A DNA stretch of 64,000 nt from assembly GCA_963706955.1 (NCBI GenBank), contig CAVPOC010000008.1, positions 64,001-128,000 of the forward strand. Reading direction: 5' to 3'. Source of the DNA: an uncultured Verrucomicrobiae bacterium. Its GTDB lineage: Bacteria > Verrucomicrobiota > Verrucomicrobiia > Chthoniobacterales > Terrimicrobiaceae. Both the position numbers and the translations under genes were made by a program. The notes under the pieces were generated by a model. The model had not been told where the DNA came from. It ran no database searches and was given only the letters and a program-made list of their open reading frames with translations. Below are positions 41,068 through 50,724 of this stretch, piece by piece. The first letter of the stretch is position 1, and every line of letters starts with the position of its first letter.

Positions 41068-42495
41068 ATGCCAATCGACCAGACCTTACGGGGTCTTGCT
41101 CTGGAAATCGACGCATCCGTCGATCTCGCACCCGAAGCCCAGCCGCTCCTCGAATATCGGTTCATCGATCTTGCCAGCACCCAAACAATTCTCGCCCGCA
41201 TCAAAGGGGTCTCGGTCTCGACTGGCGGAGGCAAGTTGGCTTTTGAAACTAACGCGGGCACCGCTGCCACGACCCCGCGGATGCTTATTGACGATCAGGG
41301 CAACGTGGGCATTGGAACCGAGAACCCGGGAGCCAGACTGGATGTCGTCGGTGGCGCAAAGTTCAAGGGTCCGCTCGATATTCAGGGAGCTCTCACCGTG
41401 AGTGGCGTCGCGACGATTGGTGGGAATTTGACGGTCAGCGGAAAACTGACGGCAGGCAGCTTTGCGGGCGACGCTGCCGAATTGAGAAATGTCACACCAG
41501 CGGACGGCTCTGTGACCAACGCCAAACTCGCCCAGGATGCCGCTTCGCTTAGCAAAGTGACCGGCGGATCGATGGTCATGAGCGGCGGGAAGCTTGCCAT
41601 CGGAACCGAAAATCCGATCGCGAAGTTGCACATCCGGTCAGCCGCTGGTGACGTCCTCCCGCCACGCTTAGAGGCTTCGGACGCCGCAAGTTTCGCCGCT
41701 GGCTGGGACTTTTATCATGAGACCGCAGGGAAAGGTTACGTCGGGGTGCCAGGTTCCGCGACGGGGATCGCTCCGGGGGAGATGCTGCTCTTCGGGTCGG
41801 CGGGAACCAAGCTCTCGCTGTGGGCAGGAGGAAACAGAAGTCTCACCCTGGACACGAACGGCAACGTCGGCATCGGGACGACCGACCCGACTCACCGCTT
41901 TCACGTATCGGCGCCTGACGCCGTTGGGCTGTTTGAGTCCACCGGAAGCCAGGCCTATTTGCGACTGACCACCAGAGAAGGACTCGACAACCGAGTGGAA
42001 ATTACGAACCGACCCGGTGGACGATTAAGCCTATGGACGCCCGCGGGGGATGTATTAAACATCACCAGAGCGGGAATGGTCGGCATCGGCACCATCGCGC
42101 CGAGTTTCAACCTCGATGTCGCTGGCTTCGCTCATGCATCGAGCTTCCCGACCTCCTCGGACGCAAGATTCAAGACGAACGTCGCTCAAGTTCGCGGCGT
42201 TCTTGAGAAGCTGAAGCAGGTTCGTGCGGTTTTCTTCGAGTGGAACGAGCATTATCGAACACTCGGCCGTTCAACCGGAAAGCGGGAAATCGGCGTGGTT
42301 GCTCAGGAGATCGAAGCTGTCTTTCCCGAGTTGGTAACCGAGTGGGGTGATAAGAAATACAAGGCACTTGACTACGGCCGCCTGGCCGCAGTCCTACTCG
42401 AAGCGGTCAAGGAACTTGCGGCGCATAGTGAGATCTTGAGCCAACAGGTCCGAGACCTGCAAAAGGCAACCGCACGCAATATGCCAAACTGCTAG
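41068..42495 (+). CDS. fibre-like protein F7 (MPIDQ module; peptidase S74 chaperone)
   Basis: Several G.VGIGT..P repeats; SDARFKTNV..V.FEWN..IGVVAQEIE.VFPELV..LDYGRL.AVLLEAVKEL. Confidence 0.87.
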   Translation: MPIDQTLRGLALEIDASVDLAPEAQPLLEYRFIDLASTQTILARIKGVSVSTGGGKLAFETNAGTAATTPRMLIDDQGNVGIGTENPGARLDVVGGAKFKGPLDIQGALTVSGVATIGGNLTVSGKLTAGSFAGDAAELRNVTPADGSVTNAKLAQDAASLSKVTGGSMVMSGGKLAIGTENPIAKLHIRSAAGDVLPPRLEASDAASFAAGWDFYHETAGKGYVGVPGSATGIAPGEMLLFGSAGTKLSLWAGGNRSLTLDTNGNVGIGTTDPTHRFHVSAPDAVGLFESTGSQAYLRLTTREGLDNRVEITNRPGGRLSLWTPAGDVLNITRAGMVGIGTIAPSFNLDVAGFAHASSFPTSSDARFKTNVAQVRGVLEKLKQVRAVFFEWNEHYRTLGRSTGKREIGVVAQEIEAVFPELVTEWGDKKYKALDYGRLAAVLLEAVKELAAHSEILSQQVRDLQKATARNMPNC

Positions 42496-42600
42496 TAGTA
42501 ATTTCTCCAGTGTGATAATGCCCGACTGCTATTTTGATTCTCAATAGGACGATTATTGCCTCTACTGAGTAGCAGCTATCGGAATCGACTAAGGTACTTT

Positions 42601-44173
42601 ATGCCAATCGATCAAACCTTGCGCGGGCTTGCTCTGGAAATCGACGCATCCAATGACCCGGCCCCAGAAACGCAGCCGGTCCTTGAATATCGCTTCATCG
42701 ATCTTGCCAGCACGCAAACGATTCTCGCTCGCGTCAAAGCAATACCGCTAGCCAGCGGCGGAGGCGAATTGGCCTTTGAAACCAACGCAGGAACCGATAC
42801 CACGACCCCGCGGATGCTTATTGACGATCAAGGCAATGTCGGCATTGGAACGGAGGAACCAGCCGCCAGATTGGAAGTCGCCGGCGACGTCAGATTCAAC
42901 GGCCCGCTCGATATCCAAGGGGCCCTCACCGTAAGTGGCGTCGCCACAATCGGTGGCGATTTAAACGTCGCGGGAAAACTGAACGCAGGCTAGCTTTGCG
43001 GGTGATGCGGCCGAATTGCGCAATGTCACACCAGCAGACGGCTCTGTGACCAATGCGAAACTGGCCCAGGATGCCGCTTCGCTTAGCAGAGTGACCGGCG
43101 GATCGATGGTCGTCAGCGATGGCAGGCTCGGAATCGGAACCGAAAATCCGATCGCGAAGTTGCACATACGGTCAGCCGCTGGTGAAGTCCTCCCGCCACG
43201 CTTAGAGGCTTCGGACGCTACAAGTTTCGCCGCTGGCTGGGACTTTTATCATGAGACCGCAGCGAAAGGTTACGTCGGGGTCCCAAATTCCGCGACGGGG
43301 ATCGCTCCGGGGGAGATGCTGCTCTTCGGGTCGGCGGGAACCAAGCTCTCGCTGTGGGCAGGAGGAAACAGAAGTCTCACCCTGGACACAAACGGCAATG
43401 TCGGCATTGGAACGACTGATCCCGACCGACCTCTCGCTATAACGGCGGTCCGCACATCCCAGGAGTTGATTAGCTTCAAAGATCCGAGTGGTGTCACCAG
43501 ATGGCACATCAACCAAAACTTGGGCGGGTCGTTTGCGGGCTTGAACTTCGTGGAATCACGCGTGGCCGACGGCAGGCTGTTTCTTAAAGCCGGCGGGAAT
43601 GTGGGCATCGGAACAGTCAATCCGGAACGCAAGCTGCAGATTGGCGACGATGTTATTGGTTTGGGTTTCGACCCGGGAACCTCGCCCAATGCAGGTGTCC
43701 TCCGTTTCGGCGACAATACCGGATGGAAATTGCATTTCGGCCGTTCCCGCGAAGCGAGCGGGGGTGCGCTGAATCGCGGGACCGCTGGGTTACTGATGAC
43801 GATTCAGGATAACGGCAACGTCATTGTGAAGGGGTCGGTTCAGGCTCGTAGCTTTCCTACGACGTCCGATGCAAAGTATAAGACCGACATCGCACCTTTA
43901 ACTGGTGTCTTGGCAAAATTGGACAAGTTGCGCGCAATAGTATTTTCGTGGAATGGTCTGCCTGAGTCTCAAGATCACTGCGCGGACCGCAAAGAAATTG
44001 GAGTTATCGCCCAAGAGGTCGAAGCCGTCTTTCCTGAATTAGTGACAACATGGGAGGGGCGCTACAAAGCAGTTGAGTATGGTAGGTTCTCCGCCGTGCT
44101 CCTTGAGGCTGTTAAAGAGTTGAAGGCAAAGGTTGATGCCTTGGCGCAGAGAACTGCACCGTTAGGATCTTGA
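42601..44173 (+). pseudogene. fibre-like protein F8 (MPIDQ module; peptidase S74), split by a 1-bp insertion at 42991
   Basis: gcaggcTagctttgcg versus gcaggcagctttgcg in F7; the extra T creates TAG. ORFs 42601..42993 and 43016..44173 join into a full fibre. Confidence 0.8.
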
Positions 44174-44218
44174 GCAAAGGACGATTCGATAGATCCAGAG
44201 CCTCAGAACGAACAAATT

Positions 44219-44449
44219 ATGCAACAACAGATCCAATCCAGGATTGCGGTTTTAAAAAGTGAATTCGAGACCGGCCAAACAAAACTCCAGGAACTCGAAC
44301 TGCAACAGTCACGAATCCGCGAAACGCTCTTGCGCATCAGTGGCGCCATCCAGGTCCTCGAGGAGATGCTCGAGTCAAACAAAGCCGAGGAAGAACCGGC
44401 GCCGAACGACTCCGTTCCGGCCGAACCCTCCGCCGTTGGCAAGGGCTGA
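44219..44449 (+). CDS. small coiled-coil protein at end of the eCIS operon
   Basis: MQQQIQSRIAVLKSEFETGQTKLQELELQQSRIRETLLRISGAIQVLEEML; heptad pattern, co-oriented directly after the fibres. Confidence 0.7.
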   Translation: MQQQIQSRIAVLKSEFETGQTKLQELELQQSRIRETLLRISGAIQVLEEMLESNKAEEEPAPNDSVPAEPSAVGKG

Positions 44450-44766
44450 CGCTTTTCACCGAAGCCAAGGCACCATCCGCCGGGCGGTGGGCTCTACCTC
44501 GAAGCTGGACGAGGCGAACTCAAAGCATGCTCGTGCGTTCGAAAACGAACCGGCGACCCAAAGTCAGCGATGGGAAACCCATCTGCGCGCCCAAAGCTTC
44601 GACGTGTCGGTGCTTTGATTATCGTCACTCCTCTGAGTTCTCGGTGGTCAGGATAGCTGGGATCCAACCAAGTTTCTCATCCTCGCAAAGATCCGGCCGA
44701 GAGGACTCGAACTAAGGCCCGCCTCATCGAAACGGTTGGCGTGAGTTCGGCATCAATGAATCTGAG

Positions 44767-46008
44767 TCATGCAAAACGGTTTTTTGAGAGATATTTCGAC
44801 CACCCTGTCCTCTGATCAAAGGAGAGCTTCTCGTAGGTCTTCCTCACACTGTCGAAAGAGTAATTGGATGTTGGATACCAAAAGGCGAGGCCATGAGAAT
44901 TCTGAACTGCTGGGCCGAGAGCGGCCGAATGGATGCGACTATCGTCAAATGCGGCGATAATTTGATCGCAACTAGCCTTCACATCCTCTGCAGTTGCCGT
45001 GGATTTTAGTTTTTCGGCAAAATCGCGAATGTCAAAGGTATCGCGCCGCGCGAAAGACTGTGAATCAAGAACGGCTAACTTTAGCCACTTCATGCCTTCG
45101 GTAGCATGAGGACTAAGGACGTCCACCAGCCCTTTCATTGCATCCGTTAGTTGATTATCGGTCCGAAACGCAGCGAGGGTGCATGGAAATTGATCTGGTC
45201 GATTTTTGTAGCCAACTTCAAACCCTTCGACGGCTTGTCTGGCCCACTCGACTGCATCTGCCGGGGGCGAGTCGCTCATCAGACCAAACCACTCGTGGTA
45301 CTCCCACCCGTCTCCTGGTTCGAGATCCTCCGATCCGACGACCACCTCGGCGAATTCCTTGAACTGATCCAAAACCTCAATCATCCCATTTAGACAGGTA
45401 TCCGAAAAAATCAGATCAACCTTTTTTCCCTCCATTCCTGCCCTCGAGAAAGCCGCCTTGAGAACACCGTGAGCCTCATAATTGGTCAAAACGCCACCGT
45501 TTGTGTCATCATGCAGCATTGCGCGCAGCTCGGGCTCAGCCGCGAGCTTCGAAGGGGAGACGAACAGCTGTCGCGCCGGCACAGAACGACTGCGACGATG
45601 GCGCGGAACAGCCCTCAACCGACGTTCCAGATACGTCTCATTCGGATCGTGCTCATCGAAGACACCGCTTCCGTGATCCCAAAACCCGATCGCCTTGTGA
45701 GGCACTTTCTTCGTTGTCACCAAACTTCGCGCGAGAAAGCTGGCCAACGTTTCGGGATCGCCGGTATCAATCTCTCCGAGCGATTCGACAACATGAAGGC
45801 CCGCGCTCGGGGTGAGAGCCATGACTTTGGCCTCGCCATCTTCGAAGTCTGAAAGGGCGATGACTGCGAAGGGACCCCTGTTGCCTGCAGCCATTTCTTG
45901 AAGGTCTTCGATGACATATGCATTCAGGTTATTGTCGCCACCGAAGATCTCGATGACTACGTGGGTTACATTCGAAAGATCAATGGGAATGGGTATGGGC
46001 GTTGCCAT
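44767..46008 (-). CDS. clostripain-family (peptidase C11) cysteine protease
   Basis: GGDNNL, DLQEM, EIDTGDPETL..F, FWDHGSG (His), DLIFSDTCLNG..E (Cys), SEDLEPG.GW.Y, GLAFWYP. Confidence 0.8.
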   Translation of the reverse strand: MATPIPIPIDLSNVTHVVIEIFGGDNNLNAYVIEDLQEMAAGNRGPFAVIALSDFEDGEAKVMALTPSAGLHVVESLGEIDTGDPETLASFLARSLVTTKKVPHKAIGFWDHGSGVFDEHDPNETYLERRLRAVPRHRRSRSVPARQLFVSPSKLAAEPELRAMLHDDTNGGVLTNYEAHGVLKAAFSRAGMEGKKVDLIFSDTCLNGMIEVLDQFKEFAEVVVGSEDLEPGDGWEYHEWFGLMSDSPPADAVEWARQAVEGFEVGYKNRPDQFPCTLAAFRTDNQLTDAMKGLVDVLSPHATEGMKWLKLAVLDSQSFARRDTFDIRDFAEKLKSTATAEDVKASCDQIIAAFDDSRIHSAALGPAVQNSHGLAFWYPTSNYSFDSVRKTYEKLSFDQRTGWSKYLSKNRFA

Positions 46009-46551
46009 AAATTTGTTTGAAGAATTTCCTGTTAGTTTAGTTTCGATTTGGTGCGCGGTTCAAGCCGCAGGATGCGGATGCGTGGTCTCACGAAGCGAGA
46101 ACAAAATTGGATTATTCACTCACTGAAATTTTTAATTCGGCTCGTGGGAGCAACGACCGGCTGTTTGAGTTCCTCGACTTCGAGAACCGCCAAAGCCTTC
46201 CGTTGCGTTCCGCCACCGGACCATGATGATCTTGTTCTGCAGCAGATCGTTTCCGTGAAGTTCATTGAGAAAACTTATCCGTTCAAGCATGTACAAAGGC
46301 ATTTAGGGCGCAGAGTTTCACTATTAGCTCAGAAATCGACGACCATTCACGGCGAGACAAGGGGCGCGAATAACGCCTACACTCGCTGGCCTCGAGTCAA
46401 CGTCGACGCAACTAGCAATTCGATCCAAGGCGAGTTCAGATTTGGCTGGGCAAATTGCCGTGAACCGATGAAGAGCATGTTAATCTTTCGAAAAACGATC
46501 CGCCACCCACCTGCACCGAAAAGTCGGGCAATGGTCTTGAATTATCGTCGA

Positions 46552-46754
46552 CCTCTGTGTTCTCGGTGTCCTTGGCGGTTAGGAGGGTTGGATGGATGAG
46601 AGTTGAGCGGATCAAGCAAGCCTCTCGTCCGGTCGCAAGAAATCGGGCCGACACGATTATCCCCCTCGAGTCAACCTCGCCCCCCATGTCCACTCGCCCC
46701 AGCTAGGTCGTTTCGACTAACTCTTCCTCTGTGTTCTCGGGTCCTCTGTGGTTA
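46552..46754. repeat. CCTCTGTG-type short intergenic repeats
   Basis: cctctgtgttctcggtgtccttggcggtta (46552) and cctctgtgttctcgggtcctctgtggtta (46726); related copies at 4159-4187 and 44630-44648. Confidence 0.6.
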
Positions 46755-47184
46755 GGTGTCGGGGCGACAGGATTTGAAATCGAAGCCCGTTCCTTACAAT
46801 CAGGCGCTTATAACGAGAGACTCACAAGGAGACTCACAAGCCTCAAGGGTGATGCTGATTCGGACCTGCAGAGGGTCATTAAGGCATGGCGCAACTTGCC
46901 TACAAACTTAAAGGCTGCGATCGTGTCGATCGCTTGCCCCGATTGTTACTGACAGAAGTAAATCAACGGATCTTTTCAGGGTTACACCTTTGGGTCACGG
47001 GAGTTGCATAATTTTTTCCGCCGCATTCCCGTAGCACGTCCATCTGATACGTATGACCCTCGAGTATTCCAGAATTCGCGATGTTATGAGGGAGGCTCGG
47101 TGACCCAGGAACAACTCGCATGACCCTGCCGTGAGTCGTCTCGCAACTGTTGAGTGCGTCTGGCCACCGTGTTAGACTCCACTC

Positions 47185-47409
47185 ATGGATCCGATCATCA
47201 ACCTCGAGGAAACACCCGGCAAGACGGTCGGGCGGAGACGAGTCGCTGACGGATTCCGCTTTGGTATGGGACTTCAGAAGGCAGGCGCCTCGTTTCGGCA
47301 AGCGCTCGGCGTTCCCAAAGGAGTTTATCGGTTTCACTCACATGAGGAGGCAAACGATTGGCTGATGACGAAGATCGCCGAAGCGGCAGCGAGGAAGAAT
47401 CGGAATTAG
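47185..47409 (+). CDS. small protein upstream of a nucleotidyltransferase (putative TA partner)
   Basis: 74 aa with PKGVYRFHSHEEANDW; overlaps the start of the NTase gene. Confidence 0.6.
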   Translation: MDPIINLEETPGKTVGRRRVADGFRFGMGLQKAGASFRQALGVPKGVYRFHSHEEANDWLMTKIAEAAARKNRN

Positions 47410-47891
47410 TCCCGAGACCGCCGGTTGAAGAGGATCTCGTCGCGCTCTGCCGGATCCTAAACAAACTCGGCGCACGCTACCTGGTGATCGGCGGTTACGC
47501 AATCATCCATGCCGGATATCCGAGATTCACCGGGGACCTTGATATCCTCATGGACACCGCGCCTGAGAACGAAGCGAAGATCTATATGGCGCTTCGGAGC
47601 CTCCCCGACCGTGCGGCGGACGAACTCGACCCCGGGGACGTCTCCAAATACACCGTTGTTCGCGTGGCGGATGAGATTGTAGTCGACCTGATGAAATCCG
47701 CTTCCGGGATCGGTTATGAGGAAGCATCCAAAGATATCATCGTCCGAAAAATCGGCGATGTTGAAATTCCGTTCGCCTCGCCTCGCCTCCTTTGGCGCAT
47801 GAAGAAGAACACTCGCCGAGAGAAGGATGCTGGAGATTTGTTCTTCTTGCGAAAGTGGTTCGAAGCTCGCGGCGAATCTCCCCCGGAATAG
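47358..47891 (+). CDS. nucleotidyltransferase (AbiEii/DUF6036-like)
   Basis: YLVIGGYAIIHAGYPRFTGDLDIL (GG..A...R.T.D.D) and C-terminal L..MK...REKD..DL. Confidence 0.75.
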   Translation: MADDEDRRSGSEEESELVPRPPVEEDLVALCRILNKLGARYLVIGGYAIIHAGYPRFTGDLDILMDTAPENEAKIYMALRSLPDRAADELDPGDVSKYTVVRVADEIVVDLMKSASGIGYEEASKDIIVRKIGDVEIPFASPRLLWRMKKNTRREKDAGDLFFLRKWFEARGESPPE

Positions 47892-48013
47892 TTCAGGTCG
47901 TGCCTCAGGCGCTCCTAAAAATGGAATTTGCGCACGCTAGCAGTCGTAGGAGGGTTATCGCAGCCGGTCCGAAGCGCGCCACCCTTCGCAAAGCACTCTG
48001 ACCGTTTAAAAAG

Positions 48014-48135
48014 CTACGCGCCGATGATCTCGTTCAATGCCTCAATCACTTGATCCGGTTCCTCAACCAAAATGCGCCCAAGTTTCTTGCCGAGCCGCTT
48101 TGCTGAAAGTGTCCTCAGGTGGCTGATTTCACCCA
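48014..48135 (-). pseudogene. 3' remnant of a PemK/MazF-type toxin
   Basis: ISHLRTLSAKRLGKKLGR...DQVIEALNEIIGA resembles a PemK C-terminus; no N-terminal half upstream. Confidence 0.5.
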
Positions 48136-48561
48136 CGAACGCTTTGGCAGGTTCGCCCCGGTCAGTTCCAGCGTGAGCGGAAAGCCAGCTCGTGGTTCCT
48201 GGGTTGTGAGCTTGCAGGCAACTACCGTCCCGGACCCTCGTTAAAAACATCGTGACTAAAAACAATAACCGGACGCCGGCCGTTGCGGGCACCTGTGGCA
48301 ATCCGGCGATCCTTGCCTACTCGAACAAGCTTATTCCCACCGACCGGCCAAACATCGGCGACGCCATGATCTTTCCAGGCGTGACCATCGTGAGATCCTC
48401 TTCGTGGACATCGTCCCGGCGTTTTCCTTTCTCTCGCTCTCCCGACGATTTCGAAGCACGAGATCGCGGGCCTCGAGAAAATGCCGCCCTGTCTTCGTCA
48501 TACGCACCACTTTCATGTAAGCGTCTCGTTGGCAAGGCATGACATTTGGGCCCAGCGCGGT

Positions 48562-49065
48562 CTACCGGTCGGCGTACCGCTTGGCCGCCGCGAGGTCTCT
48601 TCGTAGCTCCTCCGCCGTGCGACGTGGGCCGTAGCCGGGTGTATCGCGCTGGATACGCCACCCTTCCTTCAGCGGCCCAGCGTCGACCGTGTCGAAGCCG
48701 AACTGGTCGAGCAGATCCTTCACCGCAGCCTTGGCGTCAAGGTCGTCGCCCGCGATGACGAGCGCGCGGCGGTTCTTCGAACCCGCCGGCTGCCCGTCGG
48801 TAGTGAGTTGCGCGGCGTAGATATGGTTGAACGCCTTGACGACCTTCGACGTCGGCAGGTGCGCTTGCAGGAGCTCGGACGTCGTTGTCGACTCGTTGTC
48901 GAGCTCAGGAATGTGACCGTCCCGCTGGGGGTAATAGTTGTTGGTGTCGATTACGATTTTCCCCGCCAGTGGCTCAATCGGCACCTCCCGGTAGTTCTTG
49001 AGCGGCAGGGTGACCACGATGATCTCTCCGACCTTTGCGGCGTCCAAGGCGGTTGCCGCGCGCGC
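48562..49065 (-). pseudogene. N-terminally truncated NADPH-dependent F420 reductase-like oxidoreductase
   Basis: GKIVIDTNNYYPQRDG, VVKAFNHI, IAGDD..AK, GFD.VDAG.L; the Rossmann GxGxxG N-terminus is missing. Confidence 0.7.
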
Positions 49066-49143
49066 CAATAAGCTGCGCATACGCGATGGCCGTCGGCAAA
49101 GCCCGCTGCTGGTGTATGCGGTTTCGCCGCACGCAGTGCGCCG

Positions 49144-49460
49144 GTGCTCGCGAAGATCGGCAACGCCAGCCTGCTGCTGTTCTTCGTCCTGCTCATCGCG
49201 CTCAATGTCCGCTTGCTGCTCGGCGTCCTCGGCAGCGGCGCGATCCTCGTCGCGGTGCTCTACTTCGCCGGCCTCTTCATCATCGGCTGGCTGCTCGGCG
49301 GATCAAAACCGGAGGTGCGCGGTGTCCTGGGTCTCGCCACCGCCGGGCGCAATTTCGGCGCCGCGCTCGTTCCCGCCACGAGCAGCTTCAACGATCCGAA
49401 AGTCACCATCATGATCGTCGTCGGCGCCGTCGTCTGCCCCATCATTTTGCTCCCTCGCCG
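49144..49460 (+). pseudogene. fragment of a bile-acid:sodium symporter-like membrane protein
   Basis: Hydrophobic helices with GWLLGG...VLGLATAGRNFGAAL; truncated and running in frame into the SDR. Confidence 0.5.
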
Positions 49461-49566
49461 CCGGCTGGGTGCGGCGCCGGACGGGGTCCGTCCCGGCCTG
49501 AATGCCCTTCTCACCTCGCCAACCACAAACCACCGCCCTCAACGTCACTTCACTCACCAATCCCCT

Positions 49567-50391
49567 ATGAAACTCCAAGACAAAGTCGCCCTCATCACTG
49601 GAGGCGCGCAGGGCCTCGGAAAATCCATCGCCCTCGCCATGGCCCGCGAGGGGGCGGATATCGTCATGTGCGACATCAACCCCGACACGCTCCCCGCCGC
49701 CGCGGCGGAGATCGAAGCGCTCGGTAGAGCGTGCCTCGCCGTCCGCTGCGATGTTTCCTCAAGCGCCAGCGTGCGGGAGATGTTCGCCCAGATCGCGGAC
49801 CGCTTCGGCACCCTGCACATTCTCGTGAACAACGCCGCGCTCGTGCAGAAAGGCGAAGCCAATGAGGCGGCACGTTCCCGCTTCTATGAGATGGTGACGA
49901 CGCCGATCCCGAAGCGATCGCTCGGCGTGACGAAGGATTTCACCGACGAGGAATGGCACAAATACTGGGGCGTCAATGTCCACGGCGTCTTCTACTGCAC
50001 GCGTGAGGCGCTCAAGCTGATGGAGCCGCAGAAGGCCGGGAAGATCATCAACATCGCGTCGGTCGCCGGCATTGGCGGCTTCAGTGCGTTTCATCCCTCC
50101 TACTGCGCGACCAAGGGCGCGGTGCTCGCCTTCACCCGCTCGGTCGCCGTCGAGGTTGCCGGGGCCAATGTCTTCGTGAATGCCATCGCCGCGGGCGGCA
50201 TCCTCACACCTCCGATGGAGGCTTATCTTTCCAAGTGCTCGGAGGAAGAGCGAAACCGCGTGCATCAGCTCGTCCCGCTCGGTCGTCTCGGCAAGCCGGA
50301 GGAATATGCCTCGCTCGCGGTCTATCTGGCGTCCGATGAGCACTATCTCGTCGGACAGACCATCAGTCCTAATGGCGGGATGGTTCTTTGA
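49567..50391 (+). CDS. short-chain dehydrogenase/reductase (SDR)
   Basis: MKLQDKVALITGGAQGLG, LVNNA, INIASVAG, YCATK, VNAIAAG, GRLGKPEE. Confidence 0.9.
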   Translation: MKLQDKVALITGGAQGLGKSIALAMAREGADIVMCDINPDTLPAAAAEIEALGRACLAVRCDVSSSASVREMFAQIADRFGTLHILVNNAALVQKGEANEAARSRFYEMVTTPIPKRSLGVTKDFTDEEWHKYWGVNVHGVFYCTREALKLMEPQKAGKIINIASVAGIGGFSAFHPSYCATKGAVLAFTRSVAVEVAGANVFVNAIAAGGILTPPMEAYLSKCSEEERNRVHQLVPLGRLGKPEEYASLAVYLASDEHYLVGQTISPNGGMVL

Positions 50392-50724
50392 GCACGCCTA
50401 TGACTCTCCCCACTCAAGATCGTCGCCAGAGACCCAGCTTTTCAAGGAATGCCTTGGAATAGACGCCCGCGGGGACGGTCTTGTGTCCGCCAATGCAAGT
50501 CGCTTGATCTCAGGTTGAGCCAGGTCTTGCGCAGTCAGCGTGGTGATGGCGCTATCTTTGGAGCGAGGCTTATTCCCAACTCCGGGAGAATGCGGTCGCC
50601 GAGGTCCACCACGACGACTCGGACCATGTCCTCTTTGAGGCGATGGGAAGGGGTGCGAGGACGAGGCTTTCGGCCGCTGCCGATGCGATTCCCGGGTATA
50701 ATTCTCCGGCGTCGTCGAGGCTCT

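Noticed and set aside
32609..42960. CRISPR-like array from the recurring DNA repeats
   Set aside because: The repeats are hundreds of bp of coding paralogy, not short repeats with unique spacers; no cas genes.
42985..42995. Programmed recoding or phase variation in F8
   Set aside because: A single inserted T with no slippery heptamer or homopolymer; more likely a point indel or sequencing error.
32609..44173. Diversity-generating retroelement or invertase shufflon acting on fibres
   Set aside because: No reverse transcriptase or recombinase in the window. All cassettes are full genes in one orientation, and differences between repeats are not adenine-specific.
15387..44449. Prophage or T6SS
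   Set aside because: No capsid, portal, terminase, integrase or lysis genes and no TssJLM/ClpV/TssBC. Pvc16, the Afp15-type ATPase and DUF4157 indicate an eCIS.
49144..50391. Genuine membrane protein-SDR fusion (415 aa in ORF track)
   Set aside because: The linker is nonsense-like and the SDR has its own canonical start at 49567; the upstream part is a truncated symporter remnant.
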